Shown here piece by piece: positions 9,935-19,251 of a stretch of 27,369 bases of DNA. Position numbers and translations under genes: made by a program. Under the pieces are notes generated by a model that saw nothing but the letters and a program-made list of their open reading frames with translations, was not told where the DNA came from and searched no databases. The DNA is from Promethearchaeota archaeon (lineage in GTDB: Archaea > Asgardarchaeota > Lokiarchaeia > Sigyniarchaeales > SOKP01), in assembly GCA_016926735.1 (NCBI GenBank), contig JAFGOA010000175.1:1-27369 (forward strand), read 5' to 3'. Within the stretch, counting starts at the first letter, position 1. Each line of letters starts with the position of its first letter.

Positions 9935-10744
9935 TTATGTTAGACTAATAGAATTCATAATCATTAAACATAAAAAATAGATCAGTAAAAAATTACCAAT
10001 AATAATTCCCACATCCTTTACACCCTGAGAAGATTTAGTTGGCTTTCTAAATGTAAAAATTGTACCTAATGGAATAATTAGTAATGGGAGAAAATAATAA
10101 TCTTGTAAAAGAAAATATGACCAAATAATAAAAACAGCAGAAAATATTGAAAAAATCCATACTACAAATTGACATTGTCTCAATGATAAATAATGGCGCA
10201 TAGAATCATCATCAATTATTTCATGAACTAGTTGACCAAGGGTTCCTGTTATAAAAAAAGCAATTAGAAAGATTAATTCTCCATAATTTACATTATAAAC
10301 TTGAGCATCTATCTTTATAATAAAATATGGTAATATAACATGAGAAACAGTAAGAAAAATTTGATTTACAATAATGATAGGTTTTATCCACTTACAATAA
10401 CTTATTACCATCAAAGCTGCAATTAATAAAAGGATAGCGTTAATATAATTAGCAATACAAGTTCTCAATAGTAAAGTAATTCCAAGAATAAATGCTGCAA
10501 TACCGATTGTGAAAATCTCTCTTGGAGAATATCCTTTTACTCTTTCAATTGTGTCATATTCTTTAGAATTTTTCATATCTATAGCATCATTCCAAGTATT
10601 TCCAGCAATACCTAAAAGACAAAATCCAATAATAATATCAATATATTCAATAGGACGAAGGTTATTAAGATAAATAGCAATGATTAAAGGTATAATAACA
10701 CTGAAAAGGTAATCTAACCTTAAAAGATCGATTCTTCGTGACAT
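9935..10744 (-). CDS. UbiA-superfamily prenyltransferase-like membrane protein (divergent)
   Basis: Multiple TM helices, N-terminal LLRL, Asp-rich motifs WNDAID and HEIIDDD. Confidence 0.7.
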   Translation of the reverse strand: MSRRIDLLRLDYLFSVIIPLIIAIYLNNLRPIEYIDIIIGFCLLGIAGNTWNDAIDMKNSKEYDTIERVKGYSPREIFTIGIAAFILGITLLLRTCIANYINAILLLIAALMVISYCKWIKPIIIVNQIFLTVSHVILPYFIIKIDAQVYNVNYGELIFLIAFFITGTLGQLVHEIIDDDSMRHYLSLRQCQFVVWIFSIFSAVFIIWSYFLLQDYYFLPLLIIPLGTIFTFRKPTKSSQGVKDVGIIIGNFLLIYFLCLMIMNSISLT

Positions 10745-11023
10745 TTTTACAACCTAAAAGACTGTTTTATTTAATGATATATAAAATTTGAATTTAATTA
10801 CAATTTAATATCTTGATATAAAGTCATTTTTTCAAAAATTCTACCAAGTTATTATATATTGACCATCGTATAAACTAAAATCTGATTGTTTTATTTGATT
10901 TATTTATATATTTTGATAAGAAACAAATTCTATTTTAAAAAAAAAAAATAAAAATATATTATTAATCCATGATTATTATATTAAGTTTTTATATTTAATA
11001 GAGATTTAAAGCGTGATGTCACT

Positions 11024-11410
11024 ATGCCAGACTCAAACAATAATAATTTAAAATTATTTTTAGAATTAGTTCCATGTTTAAGATGTGGAAATCCATTTAT
11101 GCGCAGTCCTGGCAAAAAAGAGGATATCTGTGAGAATTGTATTAAACTTGAAATAAGAAAAAAGCAATTAGAAAAAGAAATTTCTGATGTACAACATAAA
11201 ATTGAAGATAAAATAAATAACTTTAAAATAGAATTGACAGATCAAGAGAAAACTTATAATAAAGACTATTTTCTTGAACGGATTAAATACGGTTCCGCTG
11301 CATTAAAAAAATCAATTGAACTTTTAAAAAAGATTGAAGAGACTAATGATGAAAAATATATTGAGGAATATCAAAAGTTATTTGAAGAAATAAAAAAAGA
11401 TTATTCATAA
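11024..11410 (+). CDS. Hypothetical protein: zinc ribbon plus coiled coil
   Basis: CLRC...CENC followed by a charged heptad-like helical region. Confidence 0.75.
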   Translation: MPDSNNNNLKLFLELVPCLRCGNPFMRSPGKKEDICENCIKLEIRKKQLEKEISDVQHKIEDKINNFKIELTDQEKTYNKDYFLERIKYGSAALKKSIELLKKIEETNDEKYIEEYQKLFEEIKKDYS

Positions 11411-11433
11411 TTAATATTTTTCAGTTAAGGAGA

Positions 11434-12231
11434 TTAATCACCAGATTTTTTTATAATAAATCCTATATTCATAATTTTCTTTAAAGAACTATATCTTGCT
11501 TCAAGTCTCATAAAATATGAAGATATCTTTACAAATAAATCCCAGAATTTTTTAAACCATATCTTTAATTCATATCGTTCTCTTAATTTATTTATTTGTT
11601 CCTCTATTTCTTTAGATTTATAGGATTGAAATTTGGTTATTTTAAATAATTGTCCATAAACTCCAAAAATCTTTATTAATTTTAGATTATAGGTTTCTAA
11701 TAAGCTTTTTATCTGTGATGTTTCATATCTTCGATAGTGACCTATTATCTTATCTTGATTATCATAGTATTTCATCCTATGTGGAACAGTTAATACTAAA
11801 TATCCATTTCTAATTAAAATTCTATTTATTTCCTTAATAACCAATTTATCATTTTTAATATGTTCAAGAACATCAAGCATAATAACTAAATCAAAAGTAG
11901 CATCTCTATAAGGTAAATTTGATGTATCTCCACAAAGAGGATGAAATAACTTTATTGCTTTGTTGGATTTCATACTATTTTTATTACATACATATTGTTT
12001 TAAAGGATTAATTGCAATATCAAAATATGATTTATGAGAAGAGTTTTTTAAAAAATATAAAAAAGAGTTCCCAGAGCACCCTATATCTAGACAATTTTTA
12101 AATTTCTTGTTTTTTTCTAAAATTCTTACCAATATATCAAATTTACATTTAATTCCAGGAGATATATCATATTCAGACAATTTTCTAGAAGAAAAATTTG
12201 AATGATTATCATAAAATTGTTTTAAGCTCAT
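11434..12231 (-). CDS. Class I SAM-dependent methyltransferase (Methyltransf_11-like)
   Basis: LDIGC, GDTSNLPYRDATFDLV, DVLEHI, EINRIL..NGYLVLTVP, GHYRRY. Confidence 0.9.
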   Translation of the reverse strand: MSLKQFYDNHSNFSSRKLSEYDISPGIKCKFDILVRILEKNKKFKNCLDIGCSGNSFLYFLKNSSHKSYFDIAINPLKQYVCNKNSMKSNKAIKLFHPLCGDTSNLPYRDATFDLVIMLDVLEHIKNDKLVIKEINRILIRNGYLVLTVPHRMKYYDNQDKIIGHYRRYETSQIKSLLETYNLKLIKIFGVYGQLFKITKFQSYKSKEIEEQINKLRERYELKIWFKKFWDLFVKISSYFMRLEARYSSLKKIMNIGFIIKKSGD

Positions 12232-12421
12232 TTTTTTAAAATAGGTAATTAATCTTTAAAATATCTAAAATTGAAGATATTTATATATTTTTATCAGTTT
12301 TTTTTTTTTAAATATTAAATATCTAACTTATACTACAGTTGTGATATAATTATAAAAAAGAATGATTTTATTAATTGTAAGAAATTAAGCATTAAATAAT
12401 GTTAATCTCTATAAGTAAATT

Positions 12422-12997
12422 TCAGCTACCTTCTTCTATCAGTTTATCAATTTTCTCAACAAATTTTTTAGCAGGACCGTATAATTTAAAAGCCCATGTA
12501 AAACCAACTGCTGCAAATACTACTAACATAAGATAAAATGGCAACAACCTACTTATATCTCCTCCATCTAATGAAAACATTATCGAAAAGATAATTATAT
12601 TTATAAATAATGCAATAAGTAAAAACACTTTTATATAGATTCCCCCTACATATCGTATATGTAGAAAAGATTTGTTTTTGCCTAGTTGAGATAAATATGC
12701 TTTTTTTAATAGCGGTTTTTCTTTTTCTGAGATTAGTTCATTAAACTCTCTTAATAGATTTAACACACTTTCTCCTAATTTAGTTAATGTATAAATACCT
12801 TCATCATTTTTTTCAACAAATCCACTTAAGAGTTTTAAATGATAATTCAATTTCCCAGAAGATATCACAAAATGATCTAATAGTGCTGTATAACTCATTT
12901 TATTCTTTTGCAATAGGCGAAGTACATCTCTACGGACTCTATGGCTTAGTGCATTAAATATTACATCTTCAGAGGGGATTGACATACCTTTTTTCAT
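12422..12997 (-). CDS. Winged-helix (ArsR-like) transcription regulator with two C-terminal TM helices
   Basis: IFNALSHRVRRDVLRLL...SSGKLNYHLKLL.GFVEK...YTLTKLG, then two hydrophobic segments. Confidence 0.85.
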   Translation of the reverse strand: MKKGMSIPSEDVIFNALSHRVRRDVLRLLQKNKMSYTALLDHFVISSGKLNYHLKLLSGFVEKNDEGIYTLTKLGESVLNLLREFNELISEKEKPLLKKAYLSQLGKNKSFLHIRYVGGIYIKVFLLIALFINIIIFSIMFSLDGGDISRLLPFYLMLVVFAAVGFTWAFKLYGPAKKFVEKIDKLIEEGS

Positions 12998-13060
12998 AAG
13001 TTAATTTTTCTAATTGAAATAAATATAGAAAAAGAAAAAAATTTGATCAATTGGATATTC

Positions 13061-13321
13061 TTAAATTTTATTCTTATTTTCTGTTGCAATCCTATTTTGC
13101 TTTTTCCTCATATTATATATAATAACGTATATGGAAATAAGGAGAAATACAATGGCAATTCCTATCATAATTCCCTCGAGAAAAGCAAGAAGCCCTAAAT
13201 CAGGAGCAATACGATTCAATAAAATCGAGATAGATATTAATAAAATTCCAATTGGAGATATACAACGTGCAATCATCAATTCTTTATTTTTAAAATTTTT
13301 TAGTAAAACCAAATTTGCCAC
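13061..13321 (-). CDS. Small two-TM membrane protein
   Basis: 86 aa with two hydrophobic helices and a basic tail; co-oriented upstream of the wHTH gene; start codon uncertain. Confidence 0.65.
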   Translation of the reverse strand: MANLVLLKNFKNKELMIARCISPIGILLISISILLNRIAPDLGLLAFLEGIMIGIAIVFLLISIYVIIYNMRKKQNRIATENKNKI

Positions 13322-13658
13322 CTAACCTACATAAAATTTTTTTATTAAAAATAATATATAAAACACTCTTAAAATTTTAAATTCTCAATAGTATTAAACA
13401 ATTTTTGAAAAAAAAAATTGGCAGAATTGAAAAAAAAAACAAAAAAGACAAATTTTAAAACATATAAGAACTTTTTATAAAATTCAAATTCTTTTTACAA
13501 AAATAATAGTGTTCCCCATTCTTATATTGGCTTATTTAGAATTATTTTTAGAAGAATTATCTTTTTTTAATAAGATAATAATAGTCTTTTTAAAAATATT
13601 ACAACATAGTATATTTTTAATTTTATAAAAAAAAACTTTAATAAATATGTATAAATAA

Positions 13659-14078
13659 TTGAAAGTAATGTTAAAACAGATCTCTGTTTATTTATATAAT
13701 AACCCTGGTGAATTAGCTAAATTTGCTGCTTTATTAAAAGAAAATGAAATAGAAATTAGAACGTTAACTGTTGCTGAGGATGATGAATATGGATTGGTCT
13801 TATTTCTTGTCGACGATTCAGATAAATGTATAGATCTTCTAGATAAAGAAGGCCATATATATTCGATCACAGAAGTAATCGCGGTAAAAATCAAATCAGG
13901 GGTAGGACATACTAAAAGTCTTTTAGAACTTTCAGAATTATTAGGTAATAATGGAGTAAATATAGAATATTTATATAATGCTATAATTAAGGATGAAGCT
14001 TCACTTATTTTAAAAATTGATAACAATAAGAAAGCGATAGACATCCTTAAAAAAGAGAATTTATTATTAGAGGAGTAA
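13659..14078 (+). CDS. Double-ACT-domain protein (Bt0572-like)
   Basis: KQISVYLYNNPGEL, TEVIAV, GVNIEYLY; likely start is the ATG at 13668. Confidence 0.9.
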   Translation: MKVMLKQISVYLYNNPGELAKFAALLKENEIEIRTLTVAEDDEYGLVLFLVDDSDKCIDLLDKEGHIYSITEVIAVKIKSGVGHTKSLLELSELLGNNGVNIEYLYNAIIKDEASLILKIDNNKKAIDILKKENLLLEE

Positions 14079-14184
14079 TAATTGTATTATTTTATCATAA
14101 AATGATATTAATGAATTCCAATATTAATTCTTAAAATATCTTTAAATATAAAATAAAAATAATAATTAAATATTTGTCAAAAAA

Positions 14185-14607
14185 GTGATGAAAAATTTGA
14201 TTGAATTAAGTATCTTTCTTCCAAATGAACCAGGAATGTTAGCAAAACTATTATTAGAGATGTCAGAGAATAATATTAATCTTAAGGCAATATCTGTTGT
14301 TGAAACTGCTGATTATGGGCTTATTCTATTATTAGTTGACAAGCCAGAAATCTGTATTGATTTTCTTAAAGAAAGCAAGTATGAATTTGCATCAACAGAA
14401 ATATTACCTATAAAATATGGAGGGGATCCATCTATCCTTTTTGATATCGCAAAAGTATTAGGTGAGAGTAACGTTAACATAGAATATTTATATCTAACAG
14501 TTATAGAAAACAACCCATTCATCATTCTTAGAGTAGATAATCTTGATAAAGGAGAAAAAATTCTTAAAAAAAAAAATCTTATATTTTTAAAGGAGAATGA
14601 TATATAA
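14185..14607 (+). CDS. Double-ACT-domain protein (Bt0572-like), paralog of the upstream gene
   Basis: ELSIFLPNEPGML, ETADYGLI, NVNIEYLY, ILRVDN. Confidence 0.9.
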   Translation: MMKNLIELSIFLPNEPGMLAKLLLEMSENNINLKAISVVETADYGLILLLVDKPEICIDFLKESKYEFASTEILPIKYGGDPSILFDIAKVLGESNVNIEYLYLTVIENNPFIILRVDNLDKGEKILKKKNLIFLKENDI

Positions 14608-14719
14608 TCATTACCCTATGTTTTTAAATCTTTTAAAGTGTAATGAATTAAACTGAGAATCTCTAAAGCAGTTAAATTCTTTTATAAAATAGTTAATAAA
14701 TAAAAAAAAGATTATCAAT

Positions 14720-15229
14720 TTATTTTTTTCTTGCTTTTCTTGCATTTTTCGTATTTTGGTTTGTGATGTAGTATCCTATAAAATATATTATAAGAATTAT
14801 TAAAAATGAAATAATTCCAACTATATAAAACCATCTTATTCTATTTTCTAACAGGTCTACGATTATATATTGAAAAAGCCACATTACAGCACTCGCAATA
14901 CTTACAAAAATTATATCCCAAATAGAGTTTAAAAGTGAATCAATACCTTTATTACGCCAACCCCAGTAATAAACCAAAGAATTTTCAAATAATTCCCACA
15001 AAAAACCACAAATTAAAATTGTTAAAATCCATACAAACCACCAAGGAATTAATTCTGGTATACCCATATATTGTCTTGGAATCGTGATAAGCAATGATAA
15101 TATTAGATACCCTCCAATTCCCATTGCAATATGTCCCCAACTGTAGAAATCCCATGCAGAACGTCCTACATAATCATCAACTAATCCTATGAAGGGAATA
15201 TATTTATCTTTTTTTTCCTGATCATTCAT
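14720..15229 (-). CDS. Membrane protein, DUF2585-like (putative metal-binding motif)
   Basis: WDFYSWGH, WELFEN and DSLLNSIWD resemble the D-x-Y-x-x-x-H / WE-x-x-EN / DS-x-x-NS-x-x-D pattern I recall for DUF2585. Confidence 0.6.
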   Translation of the reverse strand: MNDQEKKDKYIPFIGLVDDYVGRSAWDFYSWGHIAMGIGGYLILSLLITIPRQYMGIPELIPWWFVWILTILICGFLWELFENSLVYYWGWRNKGIDSLLNSIWDIIFVSIASAVMWLFQYIIVDLLENRIRWFYIVGIISFLIILIIYFIGYYITNQNTKNARKARKK

Positions 15230-15345
15230 ACTAAATCATTAATTTCTTTATACAAATATGGAGATGCTTTTTATTTAAAAATATATTCCTATAGAAGCGT
15301 TAAATTATTTGTAAAAATATGGTAAATAAAAAAAAAAAAAAGATT

Positions 15346-15819
15346 TTATGTCATAGTTACTGTAAAGCCAAAACCATCGAAAAACATAGTAAAGACCATA
15401 AAGAATAGCAGAATACCTGCAACAAGTAATAATAATCTTCTTGTTTTTTCATCACCAGTACCAGTAAATGCTAAGCCAATAAGACCAACGAAAACAAAAG
15501 CTAATGCTATATTCATCCCAAATCTACAGATTGGACTTATTATTACATTTTGCATATGCATTACTTCGACCCAAAAATCTACAGCATCTCTCTGTTCATT
15601 TCTTTGAGCAAGAGTTATATCTCCCCAATCATATTGATCTTCAATACGATTATATTGCCAAGTTGACCAATCAGTCCGTCCCGCATTGATTGCGATGCTT
15701 ACTCCCATAATAGCAATGAATAATATAGCAACTAGGAAGCCTCTACCTATATATTTGGTTGCTTTTCGTTGATCCATACTCCCAACGTTTGTGAAAAACT
15801 TCCTCATTTTATAAATCAC
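15346..15819 (-). CDS. Hypothetical three-TM membrane protein
   Basis: 157-aa ORF with three hydrophobic segments and one extramembrane loop; start may be the ATG at 15807. Confidence 0.75.
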   Translation of the reverse strand: MIYKMRKFFTNVGSMDQRKATKYIGRGFLVAILFIAIMGVSIAINAGRTDWSTWQYNRIEDQYDWGDITLAQRNEQRDAVDFWVEVMHMQNVIISPICRFGMNIALAFVFVGLIGLAFTGTGDEKTRRLLLLVAGILLFFMVFTMFFDGFGFTVTMT

Positions 15820-16667
15820 ATTTTTATATAGAATTAGATTGAACCATATTAATCTTGTTCCTATTTAAAGATTTCTAATTTTTTAAAGTATAGGTTTCAT
15901 TATTTTTACAAAAAAAATTGGAAAACAATCATAATTTTAGTAATATTTTGTTTTTTTGATAACTTATTAATCTCTAAATAATATAGTTGTTTCATTCTTT
16001 ATCCAAAAAAAGTATAATAGTATATCATAAGATTTCGTAAAAATAAAGAATTTTAATAACTAAAAGATATTTTATTTTTGTCGTAAAGAAATATTTCTAG
16101 TTTTATATATGAAACTTTTATTTATTACTTATATATCTTTATTACTTTAGAAAATAATTTTCTTTTATTATAAAATAAACTTCAGAAGAACTTTTATCAT
16201 TTTTTGTGTACAAAATTACAGAATTTCATTTAAAATTATAATGGAAAATTATTGAAAAATATAAATGTTTGAAGCTAAATGTTGGATAAAATTGTTTTAA
16301 CTTATGTTTTCTCTAATGATCCTATATTTTTTCACAGATATCTTTCTAGACTAAGGCTTATTCCTTAATATAATCGAGAGAATTCATCTCTATTCTTATT
16401 AAATTTTTAATAAAATCCACAATTCTTTGATACATCTAAAAGGAGATCAAAATTCAAATTTAATTTCGGATGAATTGCTAAAAAATAATTGTTTCATATC
16501 AAATATTTTTCAAGAAAAATTTTAAATTTTAACTAAATTTATGAGCGATTTTCTTGTAAAAGATTATTTATTAGAAGTAATATAGAGATCAAAAAAAAAT
16601 GCTTACAAAACCATATCATAAGAAAAGATTTGATTATAAAACCGTGTCAAGCGTTCAGAAAATTGAC

Positions 16668-16681
16668 GAAAGGTTTATTAA
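16668..16681 (+). promoter_or_regulatory. Putative archaeal promoter (BRE + TATA): GAAAGG-TTTATTAA
   Basis: Purine-rich BRE-like run directly before a TATA-like box; short GTCAA-N12-TTGAC inverted repeat immediately upstream (16646-16667). Confidence 0.4.
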
Positions 16682-16726
16682 TATGAAAAAACATATTATA
16701 GATCAGAAAAAAAAAATTTTTTCATT

Positions 16727-16823
16727 GTAGTGGAATGTTTGTTTTTAGCCAGTTTATAGTTTATTCCTCCACTAAAATATAATTATATACTAATATAAAT
16801 TCCAAACATTCCATTACTTTTTT
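16727..16823 (+). other. Long imperfect hairpin followed by a T-run (candidate structured RNA or leader)
   Basis: GTAGTGGAATGTTTG (16727-16741) pairs with CAAACATTCCATTAC (16803-16817): 14 Watson-Crick pairs plus 1 G-U. An inner stem TATAGTT/AATTATA is also possible. TTTTTT follows. Confidence 0.5.
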
Positions 16824-16969
16824 ATTTTTATATATTTCCACTATAGAATTTAAATTATTTTAAATTAGGTCTATTTTTTAAAAATAATAATTTAATAAGT
16901 TTTTCTATATTTTAAAAAATAAGTTCTTTTTCATTAAAATAAGTTATTTTTAGGTGTAAAAATACTCGA

Positions 16970-18220
16970 ATGAGTCATCGAACACTATCAGAAAGATTCA
17001 AATCAAACTATCCGCAATTACAACCACTTTGGATTGGACTATTTATTGATATATTAGGATTTTATATTATAATTCCTTTACTACCCTCTATAAGGGATAC
17101 ATTCAACACAAATGATGTGATGATGGGTATACTAGTTTCAATCAACGCAATAATCAGTCTAATTTCTGCTCCAATATGGGGTAGATTAAGCGATAAGTTT
17201 GGGAGAAAATATACCTTATTTACGGCAGAATCTGGAACATGCTTGGCTTTCCTAATCCTATCATTATCCAATTCATTAGAATTACTCTTTATATCAAGAG
17301 TAATAGACGGTATTTTTGGAGGAAATTTTCCAATAACTAAAGCAATTATTACGGATAGAGTTCCTCCAAAAGATAGAAGTATACAAATGACTAATTTTGG
17401 AGTTGTTCATACTTTGGCAGGAGTTATTGCACCTGGACTAAGTGGATTTTTATCATATATTCCTATTTTTGGACCAAATTACCCAGTTGCTCTCCCAGGT
17501 TTATGTGCCGCTGGTCTTTCACTATTTACAATGATAATTACTTTATTTTATATCGAGGAATCTTGGGTAAAAACTGAACGTATAAAATTAAAACAAGAAA
17601 ATGAAAATAATAAAAATCCAAAAATAAATAATAGCAAAGATATAAGATATGTACTAACCCAATATACATTTCATACAATTTCATTTATGTTATATGTTGG
17701 ACCCCTTTCTCTTTTCAGTGAATCTATTTTGGGATTGGATAAATTAGGTACAATCATTATGTTAGAAATTTCGGGAATTTCCCGAGCAATAGTAAGGTAT
17801 AAATTTTTTAAAATTACAATGGTGAAATTAGGAGAAAGAAAAATGGCCAAATTTGGCTTATTTATTTTGGTTTTATGTTTCATATCTATTGGTTTTTTAG
17901 GATTATTATATCCTGAAGCATGGGTATTTATTATTATAATGGTTCTCATTAGTTATGGCGTTTCTTGTTCACGAGGGCTTTTAATTAGTAAGTCAACAAA
18001 AACAGTTACTCCAGATAAGATGGGACTTCTCAATGGATATACCACAACCATAGATAGTTCAGCCCAAGCATTAGGACCATCCTTAGGGCCATTTTTATAT
18101 CTTATCAATCCTCTATTATATGGGTTTTCAATGGCTGCTTTTGCATCTGGTGCATTTCTAATGGAATATAAAACAATAATACCCTTGATTGATAAAATAA
18201 AGAATGAAAAGAAAGAATAA
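16970..18220 (+). CDS. MFS transporter, DHA1/TetA-like
   Basis: Motif A WGRLSDKFGRK, motif B SRVIDGIFGG, AIITD..P..DR; about 12 TM segments. Confidence 0.93.
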   Translation: MSHRTLSERFKSNYPQLQPLWIGLFIDILGFYIIIPLLPSIRDTFNTNDVMMGILVSINAIISLISAPIWGRLSDKFGRKYTLFTAESGTCLAFLILSLSNSLELLFISRVIDGIFGGNFPITKAIITDRVPPKDRSIQMTNFGVVHTLAGVIAPGLSGFLSYIPIFGPNYPVALPGLCAAGLSLFTMIITLFYIEESWVKTERIKLKQENENNKNPKINNSKDIRYVLTQYTFHTISFMLYVGPLSLFSESILGLDKLGTIIMLEISGISRAIVRYKFFKITMVKLGERKMAKFGLFILVLCFISIGFLGLLYPEAWVFIIIMVLISYGVSCSRGLLISKSTKTVTPDKMGLLNGYTTTIDSSAQALGPSLGPFLYLINPLLYGFSMAAFASGAFLMEYKTIIPLIDKIKNEKKE

Positions 18221-18236
18221 TCAAAAAAAAGATTAT

Positions 18237-19193
18237 TTATTTGTCAATAGAAAGAGTTTCCAATTTGGCTTGAAATTTACTAAGTATTATAACGCTAAAA
18301 ATAATTATTAAGAGAGCGATTGTAAATAAATAGTAATTTTGAAGAGTTTGTTGGAAGATTGCAAAACCTACAAAAATGGGAATAATAACAGATAAGCTAT
18401 TTATAATTAGATAAATTACAGATGCCTTACCTCTTTGAAATCCGCTCTGATAAAATAAAATGCCTAACATAAAACAAATTACCAATCCCCAAAAAGAAAA
18501 AAATATCCAAATATGAGGTAAATCAAACCAAAAAATCCCAAACACAATTTCACACCAACCAAATAATGACACTAAATTTATATTTGCTTCACTTAAAGCT
18601 TGAGTAAGGATATTTGTAAAGCTAGCACCGATTGAACTAAGTATCACACCAATAAATGTTAATAAAATACCTTCAAAATTGGAATTTTTGTTTATCTTAG
18701 ATATAAAAAAGAACAGAACTGAGAGAAAGAGGCTTATTATAATAAAAATTAGAAAAGGTATAAGTAATTCATCTAAGCTAAAATAGATGTTTGAAATTCT
18801 AGAAAATGCAATAAGAATAGGTGCGATTGATAATAATATCGTGGTACAGATTTCTAATTTTGAGATTTTTTCATTTAGAATTTTAACTGTTGAAATTAAA
18901 AAGATAATTAATCCTAAACTTGTAATTGGTTGGACAATGATTATCCCTACATAAGACACTGCTATAATAAATGGAAACCAACCAATAATTCCTAATAAAA
19001 ATCCAATAATCCAAATTTTATTTTTAAAAAATTTGTAAAATAATTTAACTATATTTATTATTGAATCATTAAAATTAATTTTTGGTAATCCCTGCAATAA
19101 TCCTTTCTTTTGAAATACAAATCCGAGTGAAAAACACAATGTTGCCAATAACGCTAATAAAATACCAATACTTATATTAGTAATTTCTTCCAT
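18237..19193 (-). CDS. DMT-superfamily transporter (EamA/NIPA-like)
   Basis: About 9-10 TM segments; LGFVFQKKG, WIIGF, IVQPITSLG, LNEKIS, FQRGKASVI. Confidence 0.8.
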   Translation of the reverse strand: MEEITNISIGILLALLATLCFSLGFVFQKKGLLQGLPKINFNDSIINIVKLFYKFFKNKIWIIGFLLGIIGWFPFIIAVSYVGIIIVQPITSLGLIIFLISTVKILNEKISKLEICTTILLSIAPILIAFSRISNIYFSLDELLIPFLIFIIISLFLSVLFFFISKINKNSNFEGILLTFIGVILSSIGASFTNILTQALSEANINLVSLFGWCEIVFGIFWFDLPHIWIFFSFWGLVICFMLGILFYQSGFQRGKASVIYLIINSLSVIIPIFVGFAIFQQTLQNYYLFTIALLIIIFSVIILSKFQAKLETLSIDK

Positions 19194-19251
19194 AGGAACT
19201 ATCTGTATAATTTAAGTAATATTAAATAATTATTTATTTGTTATAATAATT

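Noticed and set aside
13131-15689. ORFs 13131-13325(+), 13688-14044(-), 14313-14525(-) and 15504-15689(+)
   Set aside because: Antisense shadows of better-supported genes.
15820-16969. Replication origin
   Set aside because: The TCCA(C/T)TA motifs only loosely recall mini-ORBs; there is no full ORB with a G-string and no cdc6/orc1 nearby.
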